Positions 19,642-29,926 of a stretch of DNA of 64,000 nucleotides are shown here, piece by piece. Position numbers and translations under genes: made by a program. Below the pieces are notes generated by a model. That model made no database searches, was not told the origin of the DNA, and saw nothing but the letters and a program-made list of their open reading frames with translations. Within the stretch, counting starts at the first letter, position 1; each line of letters opens with the position of its first letter. This DNA is from Polyangiaceae bacterium (GTDB lineage Bacteria > Myxococcota_A > Polyangia > Polyangiales > Polyangiaceae). The stretch spans positions 2,976,001 through 3,040,000 of the forward strand of contig CBDCTZ010000016.1 of assembly GCA_965222375.1 (NCBI GenBank), read 5' to 3'.

Positions 19642-21612
19642 TCAAATCAGGAGTGAGTCGGCGATGACTTCTACGCACGACGGGCCGTCGTGGGCGAGGG
19701 CTCGGTCCAGGGCGTCGTCCAACTGCTTCGCCTCCGTCACCCGAATCCCCAAAGCACCGCAAAGTTCCGCATACTTGCTGAAATCTGGGTTGTGCAGAGA
19801 GGTTTCCCAAGCGTCCCAGTTGCCGGCGAGTTGCTCCTTCGTGATCTTGCCGAGTTCGTCGTTGTGGAGGAGCACATGCGTGATGTTCATGCCGTACTTC
19901 ACGGCCGTCGTGAGCTCAGCGAGGTACTGCCCGAAGCCGCCGTCTCCACTCACCGCAACGACTTTGCGCCCGCGGAAGCGTGGGTCGTCTTCTTGGGTCG
20001 CACACCACGCGCCCATGGCAGCGGGATAGGCAAAGCCAATCGAACCAAGATAGCCACTCATGAGCACTGCCTGGCGTTTGCACTCGAAGTAGCGGCCGAA
20101 GGAGTAGGTGTTGTTACCCACGTCTACGGCGATGATGGCGTCTTCCGGCACCCGACGACTCATGGCAGCGAAGATTGAAGCGGAGTGGACGCCCTTGCCG
20201 CGTGACTCGAGCTCGCGCTTGGATTTTTCGGCACGCCAGATTGACCAGCGCTCGGCTGTCTCGGCGGTGTGGTCGATGCTTTGGTGCTTGCCCGTGAGCA
20301 ACTCGCGAAACAGAGCGACAGTGACGCCTATCTCTCCCCACACGGCCACGTCCACGGCGTGAAACTTGCCGAGAACCATGGGATCGAAGTCGACCTGAAT
20401 AGTGGGCTTCTTGGGCGTGATGCCGGTGTGATTGCTGAAGCTGGCGCCAAGCACGAGCAGCAGGTCAGCCTCGTTCATGAACCAGCTCGCGATGGGAGTG
20501 CCGCTGCGCCCCAGCACGCCCCCGGCAAGCGGGTGCTCGTCACTGATCAGTCCCTTGCCCTTGAAGGTGGTGATCACCGGGCAGCGCAATAGTTCGGCCA
20601 GGGCAATGACGCTGTCCATGTGAAAGCGCGCGCCATGCCCCACAATGATGACGGGCCGTTTGGCCGCCACCAAGCGTTTCACTGCTTCATCGAGCTGCGC
20701 CGGGGGCGGAGCAATGTCCCGCTCGGTCAGTCGACCCTTCGGGCCACCCGGCTTGCTTCCTTCGGCCGCGGGAATGACCTGAACTTCATCGGGGAATATC
20801 AGGTGAGAGACGCCACGGTTCAAAATGGCGCTCTTGCAGGCCAAGTTGACGAGCTCCGCGTGGCGGCTGGAGTGCAGGACGGTCTGGCTCCACTGCGCCA
20901 CTTTCCCGAACGCGGCCGCCAGGTCCACCTCCTGGAACGCACCCGGACCCAGCACCTGGGTGTCTACCTGACCGGTGAGTGCCAATACCGGCGCGCGGTC
21001 CACGTTCGCATCCCAGAGCCCGGTCAGGAGGTTCGTCGCGCCGGGGCCCGCGATGCTCAGGCAGGCTGCTGGCCGGCCGGTGAGCTTGCCGTAGGCGGAG
21101 CAAGCGAAGGACGCCGCACCTTCGTGGCGGATCCCCACGTAGCCGAGGGCGCCAGCCGTGGTCTGGCGCCGGATCCCGTCGGCAAGTCCGAGGTTGCTAT
21201 GCCCGACCATTCCGAAAACCCACTTGATTCCCCAAGCCGCCATGGTCTCTGCCATGAGATCGCTGACGGTTGCGACGTGGTCGTCCTCGGCGGGAAAGCC
21301 GACGTAGACGCCGTCTTCGCGTACTTCAGTTGGAAACGTCTCCACACCATCGTCGTAGCCACCTGGCGGCTTGCCGGTGATGGGATCGAAGTCCCAGCCA
21401 TGCCAAGGGCAGCGCAGCATTCCGTTTTCGATGGAGCCTTCGCCCAAGGGCCCGCCTTGGTGGGGACAGCGGTTGTCTAGCGCCGCGTATTGCCCTTCGT
21501 GGTGGGTCAGGCACAGGGTCCGGTGCTCGCACGTCACCGGTTTCACGCGGCCCTCCGGGAGCTCTTTGGGACCCAAGGCCTTCAACCACACACGCTTTGT
21601 TGGAGCATTCAT
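19642..21612 (-). CDS. Thiamine-diphosphate enzyme (pyruvate oxidase-like) with N-terminal Rieske ferredoxin domain
   Basis: N-terminal CPHQG...CPWHGW; RHEGAA, GPGATN and the ThDP motif GDGGF...LHN. Start ATG 21612. Confidence 0.88.
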   Translation of the reverse strand: MNAPTKRVWLKALGPKELPEGRVKPVTCEHRTLCLTHHEGQYAALDNRCPHQGGPLGEGSIENGMLRCPWHGWDFDPITGKPPGGYDDGVETFPTEVREDGVYVGFPAEDDHVATVSDLMAETMAAWGIKWVFGMVGHSNLGLADGIRRQTTAGALGYVGIRHEGAASFACSAYGKLTGRPAACLSIAGPGATNLLTGLWDANVDRAPVLALTGQVDTQVLGPGAFQEVDLAAAFGKVAQWSQTVLHSSRHAELVNLACKSAILNRGVSHLIFPDEVQVIPAAEGSKPGGPKGRLTERDIAPPPAQLDEAVKRLVAAKRPVIIVGHGARFHMDSVIALAELLRCPVITTFKGKGLISDEHPLAGGVLGRSGTPIASWFMNEADLLLVLGASFSNHTGITPKKPTIQVDFDPMVLGKFHAVDVAVWGEIGVTVALFRELLTGKHQSIDHTAETAERWSIWRAEKSKRELESRGKGVHSASIFAAMSRRVPEDAIIAVDVGNNTYSFGRYFECKRQAVLMSGYLGSIGFAYPAAMGAWCATQEDDPRFRGRKVVAVSGDGGFGQYLAELTTAVKYGMNITHVLLHNDELGKITKEQLAGNWDAWETSLHNPDFSKYAELCGALGIRVTEAKQLDDALDRALAHDGPSCVEVIADSLLI

Positions 21613-21775
21613 GTATTCGCACCCTTCGATGAGCGACCAAATGTAGCCCGTGCCTGGCATCGAGGTGGCGAAGGCTGATGTCCCCGGCCGCGGTGGCGTC
21701 GAGGCCGTCAATCTGCTCAATCCTCGCCTCCCTGTCGAGCCAGGTAGTCCATATCGCAAGTAGGCGTAGCCTATC

Positions 21776-22135
21776 GTGCTGGCCACATTGCTATGTCCGA
21801 CTTATCACGAACTGGACGGCAGAGCGCCAGCAAAGCCCACCTCGAATACCTCTCTGTCTCAACTCCGGTTCATCTGTGCCGCGGTCCAAGCCGGCAGTGT
21901 TCGGCGCGCAGCCAAGGCTCGTCGGGTGTCCCAACCGACGTTGAGCGTGCAAGTTCAGCAACTCGATGAGGAGCTGGGCATCCAGATCTTCGACCGGTTG
22001 ACCCAGCCCCTCACGGTCACCGCCGAAGGTCAGAAGATCATCGAGGAGGCCACCGTGGCCCGCTACGAGCTCAAGAAACTGCGTTCCCTCGTGCGAATAC
22101 ATAATCGCCATCTGCAAACACGCGTACGAGGTTGA
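21776..22135 (+). CDS. Short LysR-type HTH protein with no effector domain (possibly truncated)
   Basis: QLRFICA...SVRRAA...VSQPTLSVQVQQLDEELGIQIFDR; stop after the linker helix. Start codon uncertain. Confidence 0.6.
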   Translation: MLATLLCPTYHELDGRAPAKPTSNTSLSQLRFICAAVQAGSVRRAAKARRVSQPTLSVQVQQLDEELGIQIFDRLTQPLTVTAEGQKIIEEATVARYELKKLRSLVRIHNRHLQTRVRG

Positions 22136-22448
22136 CCCGCGGCGAGCTCTTCGGGAGACGCTTGAACAACGCTGCCAGCCCGTCTCTCCCCTCGTGGGTC
22201 TGGGGGTTGTGCTGAATGTATTTGTCCGGATTGATGACCTCCACGGAGGCGCAGTCACCCGTCTCGATGCCCCTGAGCAGCGCGCAGATCCGTTTCTTTC
22301 GTTCTCAGTTCAATAGTTTTTCTCACGCCCCAGGTTGAGACCGCGATTGGATTGTGATGCGCGTTGCCTGCACCCCAGGTTGTCGACATAGGTCGAATCC
22401 TACCCGCTACAAACGGGAAGAGTCCGCCAAAGGCGGGCTCGACCATCT

Positions 22449-22472
22449 GGGTGCGCGGGCAGGATTTGCACC
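22449..22472 (-). repeat. Degenerate duplicate of the tRNA-Met 3' end
   Basis: gggtgcgcgggcaggatttgcacc versus gggtgcgcgggtaggatttgaacc (22587-22610): 22 of 24 bases identical. Confidence 0.75.
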
Positions 22473-22556
22473 GCTCGAGTCAGGGAGGCCCAGGCATGCC
22501 GCTCCGCGGCCCATAGCGCCTCAAGGCGTCGCCAGAGGTCGAAGCCTACCCGAAAT

Positions 22557-22582
22557 GAAAACGGCCCTGCGCCAGCAGGGCC
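22557..22582 (-). terminator. Probable intrinsic terminator after tRNA-Met
   Basis: Hairpin GGCCCTGC-N4-GCAGGGCC followed on the minus strand by GTTTT. Confidence 0.6.
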
Positions 22583-22588
22583 AGTCGG

Positions 22589-22662
<74 letters not shown>

Positions 22663-22960
22663 CGGGCAACATAGTCTCGCCACTCTACGAGTCAAGCTCG
22701 ATCGCCTGGGGCCGTATGTATTCAATAAAACTCGACAAAAATGCCGGTGTAGGATGGGCTCAATGCACCCGGACGCTGGCCTGGTGGGTCTCGATCGCGC
22801 TGCAACTCGATGCCAGCACACATCCTCGGCCCGTCGTTTCAGATCGCTGAAGCCGCGCACACTGTTGGGTCCACCGGGTCAGGCTGCTTGATACCCGGGA
22901 GAAAGCCGGAGCCGCAGCGGTGACGATTTTCCGTCGCCCCCAGGAGGCCGTGCACCCGCT

Positions 22961-24094
22961 TCAGGTAGGAACCCGCACGCGGATCGGTTCCACGAGCCCA
23001 GCGCCCGCGGCGAAGTTGGCGAGGCGCCCAATCAACGCGGTGCTCAGCTCGCGATCCTTGCCAACCACCACATTGCCATTCTCTGCTCTAACGTCCTCGT
23101 CGAGCACCATGCCGCTCCGCATCTCTCGCACGAATACGGCCTTCACGGCATCCACGCGGATCGACGACCGGAAGCCCGCCATCGCATCGAGCAGCTTGGC
23201 ACTGTGGTTGCCGGATTTCTTCACCTCTGCCAGCCCGGACGAAACGCTCGCTCCTCCTGCAACCCATCGATCAAGCGCGAGAGCTAGGCTCAGCATCTCT
23301 GCTCCCAGCTGCTCTTCTTCCCCCGGAGGTTGCCAGGTCCCGAGCTGCCCGCGGATCATCGCCGCGGTCTGCTCGAGGCGCGGAATGTGAGCTAGCAACT
23401 GGTGCCCGATCTCTGGGTGCTTGTTGAGCATTTCCTGTTCAGCGGCGCTGAGGTCCTGTCCCGCATAGACCCGGTCCAAGGTCTCTGGCGGCAGACTGAT
23501 GCAGCCCACCTGGCACAGCAGCGCCGCCAGATCGTATTTCCACGGGTCCTCGATACCGAGCTTCTGGGTCATATGGGCGACATAGGACCGCACGTTGCGG
23601 CACCGGCTGAACGCAGTCGGCGAGGCGATGCTCAGCACCTCGCTCAGCACTTCCACGGCGCCGCGCAGCGTGTTTTCCAACAGCTCCTTTTCGGCAACCA
23701 GCAAGCGGTTCTGCTCGGCTGCTGCGCCCAAGGACCGCAGCAAAACGTCTTGGGGGCAGGGCTTGCACAAGAAGCGGAAGATATTGCCGTCGTTGACTGC
23801 GGAAATCGCGGAGTCCATGTCCGCCTGACCCGTCAACAGCACCCGCACGGTGTTCGGCACGGCTTCCCGCGCTTGAGCCAGGAACGCCGCGCCGTCCATG
23901 ATGGGCATGCGCATGTCAGACACCACGACCGCGAAGGGATCCTCGGATTGCAGTATTTGGAGCCCTTCGGCCCCGCTCGTCGCGGTGGTTACGTCGAAGT
24001 GCTCGAAGAGCGTTCGTTCGAGGCCCTCCAGCACGTTGGGTTCGTCGTCTACGCATAAGACCCTCGGCGGGTCGCTCGCTTCATGCATGCTCAA
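22961..24094 (-). CDS. Response regulator (REC plus degenerate HD-type domain)
   Basis: VLCVDDE, VSDMRMP, FLCKP; LAALLCQVG in place of HDIG. Start may be ATG 24088. Confidence 0.85.
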   Translation of the reverse strand: MSMHEASDPPRVLCVDDEPNVLEGLERTLFEHFDVTTATSGAEGLQILQSEDPFAVVVSDMRMPIMDGAAFLAQAREAVPNTVRVLLTGQADMDSAISAVNDGNIFRFLCKPCPQDVLLRSLGAAAEQNRLLVAEKELLENTLRGAVEVLSEVLSIASPTAFSRCRNVRSYVAHMTQKLGIEDPWKYDLAALLCQVGCISLPPETLDRVYAGQDLSAAEQEMLNKHPEIGHQLLAHIPRLEQTAAMIRGQLGTWQPPGEEEQLGAEMLSLALALDRWVAGGASVSSGLAEVKKSGNHSAKLLDAMAGFRSSIRVDAVKAVFVREMRSGMVLDEDVRAENGNVVVGKDRELSTALIGRLANFAAGAGLVEPIRVRVPT

Positions 24095-24099
24095 CTACC

Positions 24100-25260
24100 T
24101 CAATTCCCCCTGAGTTCGTCCGCCATTCGCCGCCACCTGTCGAGCTGGTCCGCGACACCGAAGGCTTCCAAGTAGCCTGCGTCCGGATCATTGCCATTGG
24201 AAAGGCAATTGGCGACATAAACAGCTTCGTGAATTCCGAAGCTCGAATGGGCCGGCGTTCTCGACGGGTCGTGGTGGTTGGCGACAGCTTCCACGATCGG
24301 ATAGGGCAGCCCCCACAATCCGAGCAGATAGGCGCCGACTTCCGCGTGAGACACGGACAGCAGCTGACGTTCCGCTTCGAAGGCTGGGAGGCATTCGGCT
24401 TTGGCAAGCGCCAGCGCCGCCTCCAATTTTTCGGGATGCTCCACGGCAAGAACCAACTTGCCGGCGTCATGCAGCATCGCGGCCATGAAAGCATCGTCGG
24501 ACCTCTTTCGGTCCTTGATTAACTTTTTTGCGAGCGCGGCGCAGTGCAGGGCGTGAGACTGCACCTTGTCTATCGAGAAGCCTTTCACCTTGCAGTCCTT
24601 CGGAAGCGGTTGAAAGACCTCGACTGAGAGGACCAAGTTCTTGACCGTTTGAAACCCAAGCCGGACCACCGCCTCTCTCACGTCCGTAATGGCCGCACCG
24701 CGGCTGAAAAACGATGAGTTGACCAGCTGCAGGGTCTTTGCGCTCATGGCAGTATCGCGACACACGATTTTCGCTATCGCCTGGGCGTCGACGTTCGGTT
24801 CTGCCAATGCCTTCGTCAGCGCGGAGTACACCTTGGGGACCGAGGGCAGCTTTTTCAACTTACCAACGGTTTCCCGCAGTGTCACATCCCCGAGGACGGC
24901 GTGCAGTCCACATGCGCGGGCAACGGTTTCTTCCAACACGGCGGACTCGCAGGGCTTGGTCAAGAATTGATGTGCCACAGGAATGGCTCGCATGGCTGCC
25001 TCCAGTTCGGCGTGGCCAGACAGGATAATCCGCACGACGTGTGGGTACTTGCGACTCACTTCCCGCAAGAGCGCGGCGCCATCCATTCCGGGCATCCGCA
25101 TGTCTGTGACGATGACGTCGTAGGGGCCCTCGCTGAGCTCCTGGAGGGCGACCGTGCCGCTCTCCGCGAACTCCATTTCCCATTGGTCGGAAAGATGAAA
25201 AAGAGTCCTCTCGATCCCTTCCAAGATGTTTGGTTCGTCATCAACGAATAGAATTCTCAT
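24100..25260 (-). CDS. Response regulator with HDOD domain
   Basis: REC DDE/DMRMP/KP; HDOD LPSVP...VNSSFF...LHDAGK...WGLP...NHH. Confidence 0.9.
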   Translation of the reverse strand: MRILFVDDEPNILEGIERTLFHLSDQWEMEFAESGTVALQELSEGPYDVIVTDMRMPGMDGAALLREVSRKYPHVVRIILSGHAELEAAMRAIPVAHQFLTKPCESAVLEETVARACGLHAVLGDVTLRETVGKLKKLPSVPKVYSALTKALAEPNVDAQAIAKIVCRDTAMSAKTLQLVNSSFFSRGAAITDVREAVVRLGFQTVKNLVLSVEVFQPLPKDCKVKGFSIDKVQSHALHCAALAKKLIKDRKRSDDAFMAAMLHDAGKLVLAVEHPEKLEAALALAKAECLPAFEAERQLLSVSHAEVGAYLLGLWGLPYPIVEAVANHHDPSRTPAHSSFGIHEAVYVANCLSNGNDPDAGYLEAFGVADQLDRWRRMADELRGN

Positions 25261-27218
25261 GCGGCTTCCCCTTCGGCTGGTGGGATCTGACTGTCCCGAA
25301 GCGGAAGACGAATCACAAACGTCGTACCCGCTTGAGTACTAGGGTCGATTTCGATTGTGCCGCCGTGCTTGTCGACGACCACGGACCTGGCGATCGCGAG
25401 GCCCTGACCCGTTCCTTTGCCGACCTGCTTGGTCGTGAAGAACGGATCGAAGATCCGGTCACGCACTTCCTCGGGGATGCCGCTACCCGTGTCGGATATT
25501 CGGAGCTCCGCCCAATCTCCGTTCTGTTTGGCGGACAGTCGGATTGTGCCCTTGCCCTCGTTTCCGCCGTCGGTGACGTCGGAGATGGCGTGGGCGGCAT
25601 TGACGATGATGTTGAGCACGACCTGATTCAATTCGTCTCGAAGGCACGGAACCGGCGGCAAGTCGGGATCGAACTCCGTGTCCATCTCGGCCACGTACTT
25701 CCACTCGTTGCGCGCGACCGTGATAGTTGTTTCGACGGCTTTGCGCAGGTCGACAGCCTGCTTCGCCCCCTGGCTCGGATGGGAGAATTCCTTCATTGCC
25801 GAGACGATTCCCGCGACTCGCTGCAGCCCTTCCAGAGACTGGTTCACGGCTCGGGGGATCTGCTTCATCAAGAAGTTGATCTTGGCCTTCTTGAGTGCCT
25901 TCTCGGCACGCTTGATGGCGTCGGGGCAGGCGTCCGCCTCTTTGGCTTCTTCCAGCAGAAGCTCGAACGCCTCTAGCGCAATGACCAGGCCGCTGAACGC
26001 TCGCTGTAGGAATACCGTGTTGTCGCTCACGAATTGCACCGGCGTGTTGATCTCGTGGGCGATACCCGCTGCCAGCCGACCGATCGCTTCGAGCTTCTGA
26101 CTCTGCCGAGCGCGGTTTTCCAGCGCAACCTGCTCCGTGATGTCCTTCTTGACCGCGACGAAGTTTGCGATGACACCGCGTTCGTTGACGACCGGAGAGA
26201 TGGTAGCCTCTTCGATCAGGGTGGCACCGTCCTTCTTCTTGTTGCTCAAGCGGCCCGACCAGACCTTGCCGCTGCGAATGGTCTCCCAGAGGTTCGAGTA
26301 AAACTCATCGGATTGGATCCCGCTCTTGAGGACGCGTGTATGCTGACCGATCGCCTCTGACTGTGAGTAGCCCGTGGCCGTCTCGAAGGCAGGGTTGACG
26401 TACTGAATGACGCCCGCGGCATTGGTAATGACGATGCTCTCGTGCACTTGTTCGACAGCCGTGGACAGCCGCTTGTGCCGGTGCTGTGCGGTGATGTCGC
26501 GAACTACCAACACCGAGCCCAAGTACCTGCCCATCGCGTCATGGGCCGGGGAGAGGCGAATCGAAAGTTGTGCGCCGCGGTGCGAGACTTCGCCAGAGTA
26601 GCGGCGTTCCCTGGTATTTGTCGCCTGAAGGGCAGGTGCCAGGCGGGCGTGCAGCTTGCCCGCGAGCACCTCCAGCAACTTCTGACCATCTGCGGCGTCG
26701 TCGAGCTTGCGTATTCCGTGACGAGTGACGGCGTGAACCAACTCCACGAACTGCGAGTTGTGTTCGACGATGACTCCATCGCGATCGCAAAACGCGATGC
26801 CGTCGGAAGAGTCTCGAATCACTGCACTCCACTGGCGTTGTCGCTCCAGCGCTCGCTCGAGAGGAGTGCCGTCGATGCGCTCCGCGCGGACAGTCCAGGA
26901 CGCATTTTCTTGTTGCCAGATGTGGAGGCGAGCGTGGTGGTTCGCTCCCGCTACTCGCAGAGTGAGCAGGATCTCGTTCGGCTCATGTGAGGCGCGAATG
27001 ATCGCCTGCAAGTACTCGCAGCGACCCGCGTGATTGCGTTGGTGAATCAAGTCGTCAAAAATCAGGCCCAAGACGTCGCCCGGAGAGCATGAAAAGGCGT
27101 CGCAGAAGCCATCGTTGACGTGGACGATTTCTCTGTGTTTGTTCAAGTCCAGTGCTCCACAGGGCACACGTGCTGCAACTGGCGCTTGCTCGTCTTGAGC
27201 TCGGGCTTCAGCCTGCAT
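25257..27218 (-). CDS. Multi-PAS sensor histidine kinase (cytoplasmic)
   Basis: PAS motifs (YVNPAFE, W.G...NKKKDG); H-box AHEINTP; N-box NAAHA; DTGSG, FFTTK, GTGQGL. Confidence 0.92.
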   Translation of the reverse strand: MQAEARAQDEQAPVAARVPCGALDLNKHREIVHVNDGFCDAFSCSPGDVLGLIFDDLIHQRNHAGRCEYLQAIIRASHEPNEILLTLRVAGANHHARLHIWQQENASWTVRAERIDGTPLERALERQRQWSAVIRDSSDGIAFCDRDGVIVEHNSQFVELVHAVTRHGIRKLDDAADGQKLLEVLAGKLHARLAPALQATNTRERRYSGEVSHRGAQLSIRLSPAHDAMGRYLGSVLVVRDITAQHRHKRLSTAVEQVHESIVITNAAGVIQYVNPAFETATGYSQSEAIGQHTRVLKSGIQSDEFYSNLWETIRSGKVWSGRLSNKKKDGATLIEEATISPVVNERGVIANFVAVKKDITEQVALENRARQSQKLEAIGRLAAGIAHEINTPVQFVSDNTVFLQRAFSGLVIALEAFELLLEEAKEADACPDAIKRAEKALKKAKINFLMKQIPRAVNQSLEGLQRVAGIVSAMKEFSHPSQGAKQAVDLRKAVETTITVARNEWKYVAEMDTEFDPDLPPVPCLRDELNQVVLNIIVNAAHAISDVTDGGNEGKGTIRLSAKQNGDWAELRISDTGSGIPEEVRDRIFDPFFTTKQVGKGTGQGLAIARSVVVDKHGGTIEIDPSTQAGTTFVIRLPLRDSQIPPAEGEAA

Positions 27219-27504
27219 TCGAGACTTTCCTTTCGAAGCCGAGGATGGCGTGGAGGCGCCCCAACGCCTCTGGGCGCCACCCGCGCTTTTGGATTACGGT
27301 TGTTGGGTTGCCGACCGAGGTTGCGCGCAGCCGGAGCTGCTTGCCGTCTATCTCCCGGGTCGGGAGCACGCGTCCTCGACGCACCGGACCGAAGGTAGCG
27401 GCCAGCTCCACCCACACCCGGTCCACACTCTCGCTGGGCAGGTAGTAGTTGTAGGTCTCTGCGTGGCGGCAGCCATGGTCACGTACCCGAAAGGGAGTGG
27501 TCAT
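27208..27504 (-). CDS. Small hypothetical protein (98 aa)
   Basis: ATG 27504 overlaps the upstream stop (ATGA), and the 3' end overlaps the kinase start. Begins MTTPFRVRDHGCRHAE. Confidence 0.65.
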   Translation of the reverse strand: MTTPFRVRDHGCRHAETYNYYLPSESVDRVWVELAATFGPVRRGRVLPTREIDGKQLRLRATSVGNPTTVIQKRGWRPEALGRLHAILGFERKVSNAG

Positions 27505-28700
27505 GAGTTTGCCTCCACTACGAAGCGGCAGGCGTCGGCGCCGCTGCAAACACAGGTCGTCTCCGCGGACGCGAACTGACCGTAGCGATCGCTGATATTT
27601 CCCTCGCCGTAAACGAGTTCCATGATGCCCGCCGCAACGCCTCGGAACATCCAGCACGAAGGGTGCGCTGCCTGAGGCCGCAGGGCGAGGTAGCCCGCAG
27701 CCTCGTAGCCGTTTCGCGAGATGAGGCTCAGGCTTTGACCCGGTGCGTATTCGGTCACATCCCAGCGACCCCAGCCCAAAGCGTTCGAGACGGCGATGAT
27801 TCCAAAGAGGGTGTCGTCGTGCACCTTGAGCATCGGACCGACGAGCTCATCCCATTCCGGTGACGAAATAATACCCCGGAAGGTGTTCATGCCGCACACC
27901 TCGGCGACTTGGACCAGTTGGGCAGCTGCCGCGCCACCGAGGTAGCGCGCTTCCAGGGCTTCCACGAAGCGGATGCTGAGCAGATTGTAGAAGTCCGCTG
28001 GCGTATTTGCGAGGTAGACACCGAATGCGGGCGTTAGCCCATCTTCATTCCCCGTGAAGGGTGCCGCCGCTAGCGTCTTGATGATTTTGTCGGCGTCGAT
28101 GTTTGGGGACGTGACGAAGTCGCCTCGGGTTGCTAACTTGGGCGCGACTTCCCTCCGCTCGAGGCGCTCTGGCTCAGCCCGAGCTGATGTTCGGTCGACT
28201 ATGAAACGGCACTCACTGGCGCCACTCAGAGTACACACCTGCTCGTGTACCGACACGGCATCCCCAGTCGCAGCGAGGTGTGCCGCCTGAATGTAGCCCG
28301 CGGCGAGGTGGCAAATTGGCTCCCGAACTTTCGGAAAGGCTGCCGCATAGCCCTCGACAAAGTGGGATGTGTCGGCGGTAACCACTCCTTGGTCGATTCT
28401 CGAGAAGTCCAGGCGCCCGTAGCCCAGATACGAGTACAACTTTGCAGCGACCTTCCACTTATCCGCTGGATCATCCCCAGCGCCAAAGGCCCTGGCAAGC
28501 TGTTTCGCGAAAACGCTTTCTGCGACCTGCACGACCATTGCTGTACCGGCCTCGCCGAGCCCAGCGCAAACGGTCTCTTGCAGCCTGGCGTTGTAGTGGT
28601 GGCAATGGATCACCATGTTGGCGCCCATGACCGAGCGAGTGCTGCTGCGAGCGTAGTAGCTCGGTGTGAGGAGAGATTCGTTTTCCATCGCGTTCGTCAC
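27501..28700 (-). CDS. Tandem V4R (4-vinyl reductase-like) domain protein
   Basis: Two units: GYG...CHLAAGYI...EQVCTLSGASECRF and GWG...CWMFRGVAAG...ETTCVCSGADACRF; N-terminal IHCHHYN. Start GTG 28700 (overlaps upstream stop) or ATG 28688. Confidence 0.8.
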   Translation of the reverse strand: MTNAMENESLLTPSYYARSSTRSVMGANMVIHCHHYNARLQETVCAGLGEAGTAMVVQVAESVFAKQLARAFGAGDDPADKWKVAAKLYSYLGYGRLDFSRIDQGVVTADTSHFVEGYAAAFPKVREPICHLAAGYIQAAHLAATGDAVSVHEQVCTLSGASECRFIVDRTSARAEPERLERREVAPKLATRGDFVTSPNIDADKIIKTLAAAPFTGNEDGLTPAFGVYLANTPADFYNLLSIRFVEALEARYLGGAAAAQLVQVAEVCGMNTFRGIISSPEWDELVGPMLKVHDDTLFGIIAVSNALGWGRWDVTEYAPGQSLSLISRNGYEAAGYLALRPQAAHPSCWMFRGVAAGIMELVYGEGNISDRYGQFASAETTCVCSGADACRFVVEANS

Positions 28701-29926
28701 GGCTGCACCTGAAAAACATGGGTGCGCCGACGCACCGGAACCCCGGAACGGAGCTGTCGGACGCCAGCGCGTAGGTGATCGATCGCGTTGTCCAGCTCGG
28801 TGCGCGAGGTGCTGCGCCCCATTGAGATGCGAATCGCAGACAGACACAATCGCGGTGGAATGCTCAGCGCGGTGAGTACATGACTGGGCTGGCTTCGCAT
28901 CGCGCTGCACGCCGAACTCGTGGAGACAGCGACCCGGTCCACCAACCCAACGAGGGCGTCGGCCTCCACGTCGTCGAAGGCCACGCACAGCAGGCCCGGT
29001 ATCACACCCAACTTGGGCGTCAGCACGTGGGTCCCCGGGATGGCCTGTGAAAGCCGAGTACGCAGATGCCGAGTCAGTTCGGCCAGCTCCTCTGCCGCTT
29101 TTGGCTGCTCGGCGGATGCCAACTCACACGCTACGCCCAACCCAACGATTCCCGGGGTATCAGCTGCACCGGGGCGCAAGCCGTTCTGCTGCCCGCCGCC
29201 GTACATCAGCGGCGAGAGCACCTCCGGATCCCGGATGTAGAGGGCGCCGGTTCCCGGTGGCCCATACAACTTGTGCCCGGAAAGGGAAAGCAGGTCGATG
29301 CGACATCTCTCCACGTCGATGGGCACCTTGCCCACGGCTTGGGTCGCGTCGCAGTGGAGCAGGACCCCCTTGCTTCGTGTGACTTCCGCGACAGCTTCGA
29401 TCTCGTGTAGCGTACCGATCTCGTTGTTGGCCCACATCAGAGAGATCAGGGTGGTGTCCTCGGTGATGGCGTTCTGAACCTCCGCGGCCGAGACCCTCCC
29501 GTATCGGTTCACAGGCAAATAGGTCACCTTCCAGCGACCGCTTCGCTCCAGGGCGCGGCAAGGTCCGAGAACCGAATCGTGCTCGGTGACACAGGTGACG
29601 ATGTGGCCCTTGGCGCCTTCCGGCGCGCGGAGGCCCAGGAGCGCCAGGTTGTTGCTCTCGGTGGCCCCGCTCGTAAAAACCACGCGCTGAGGTGTTGCGC
29701 CGATGCAGGCGGCAACCCGGCGGCGAGCCGCGTCGATAGCGTCGCTCGCGGCGCGTCCGTGCTGGTGGTGCCTGTTGTGGGGGTTGCCCCAATAGTCGTG
29801 CTGCGCCGCCTGGACGGCTCGCTGCACGGCTGGCGCCACCGGAGCCCTGGCGGCGAAATCGAGGTAGATCTCGTCTCGGGATCCCCGCGGGGGATCAGAT
29901 TCCCGGCGTACTGGCCAGCTCAGCAA
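28697..29926 (-). CDS. IscS/NifS-like cysteine desulfurase (paralog)
   Basis: [29 protein letters not shown] (PLP Lys), STSSAC (catalytic Cys). TTG 29926 with GGAGG 9 nt upstream. Confidence 0.9.
   Translation of the reverse strand: MLSWPVRRESDPPRGSRDEIYLDFAARAPVAPAVQRAVQAAQHDYWGNPHNRHHQHGRAASDAIDAARRRVAACIGATPQRVVFTSGATESNNLALLGLRAPEGAKGHIVTCVTEHDSVLGPCRALERSGRWKVTYLPVNRYGRVSAAEVQNAITEDTTLISLMWANNEIGTLHEIEAVAEVTRSKGVLLHCDATQAVGKVPIDVERCRIDLLSLSGHKLYGPPGTGALYIRDPEVLSPLMYGGGQQNGLRPGAADTPGIVGLGVACELASAEQPKAAEELAELTRHLRTRLSQAIPGTHVLTPKLGVIPGLLCVAFDDVEADALVGLVDRVAVSTSSACSAMRSQPSHVLTALSIPPRLCLSAIRISMGRSTSRTELDNAIDHLRAGVRQLRSGVPVRRRTHVFQVQP

Noticed and set aside
28697..29926. DndA of a DNA phosphorothioation system
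   Set aside because: No dndBCDE or ssp genes are recognisable; the neighbours are signalling genes.
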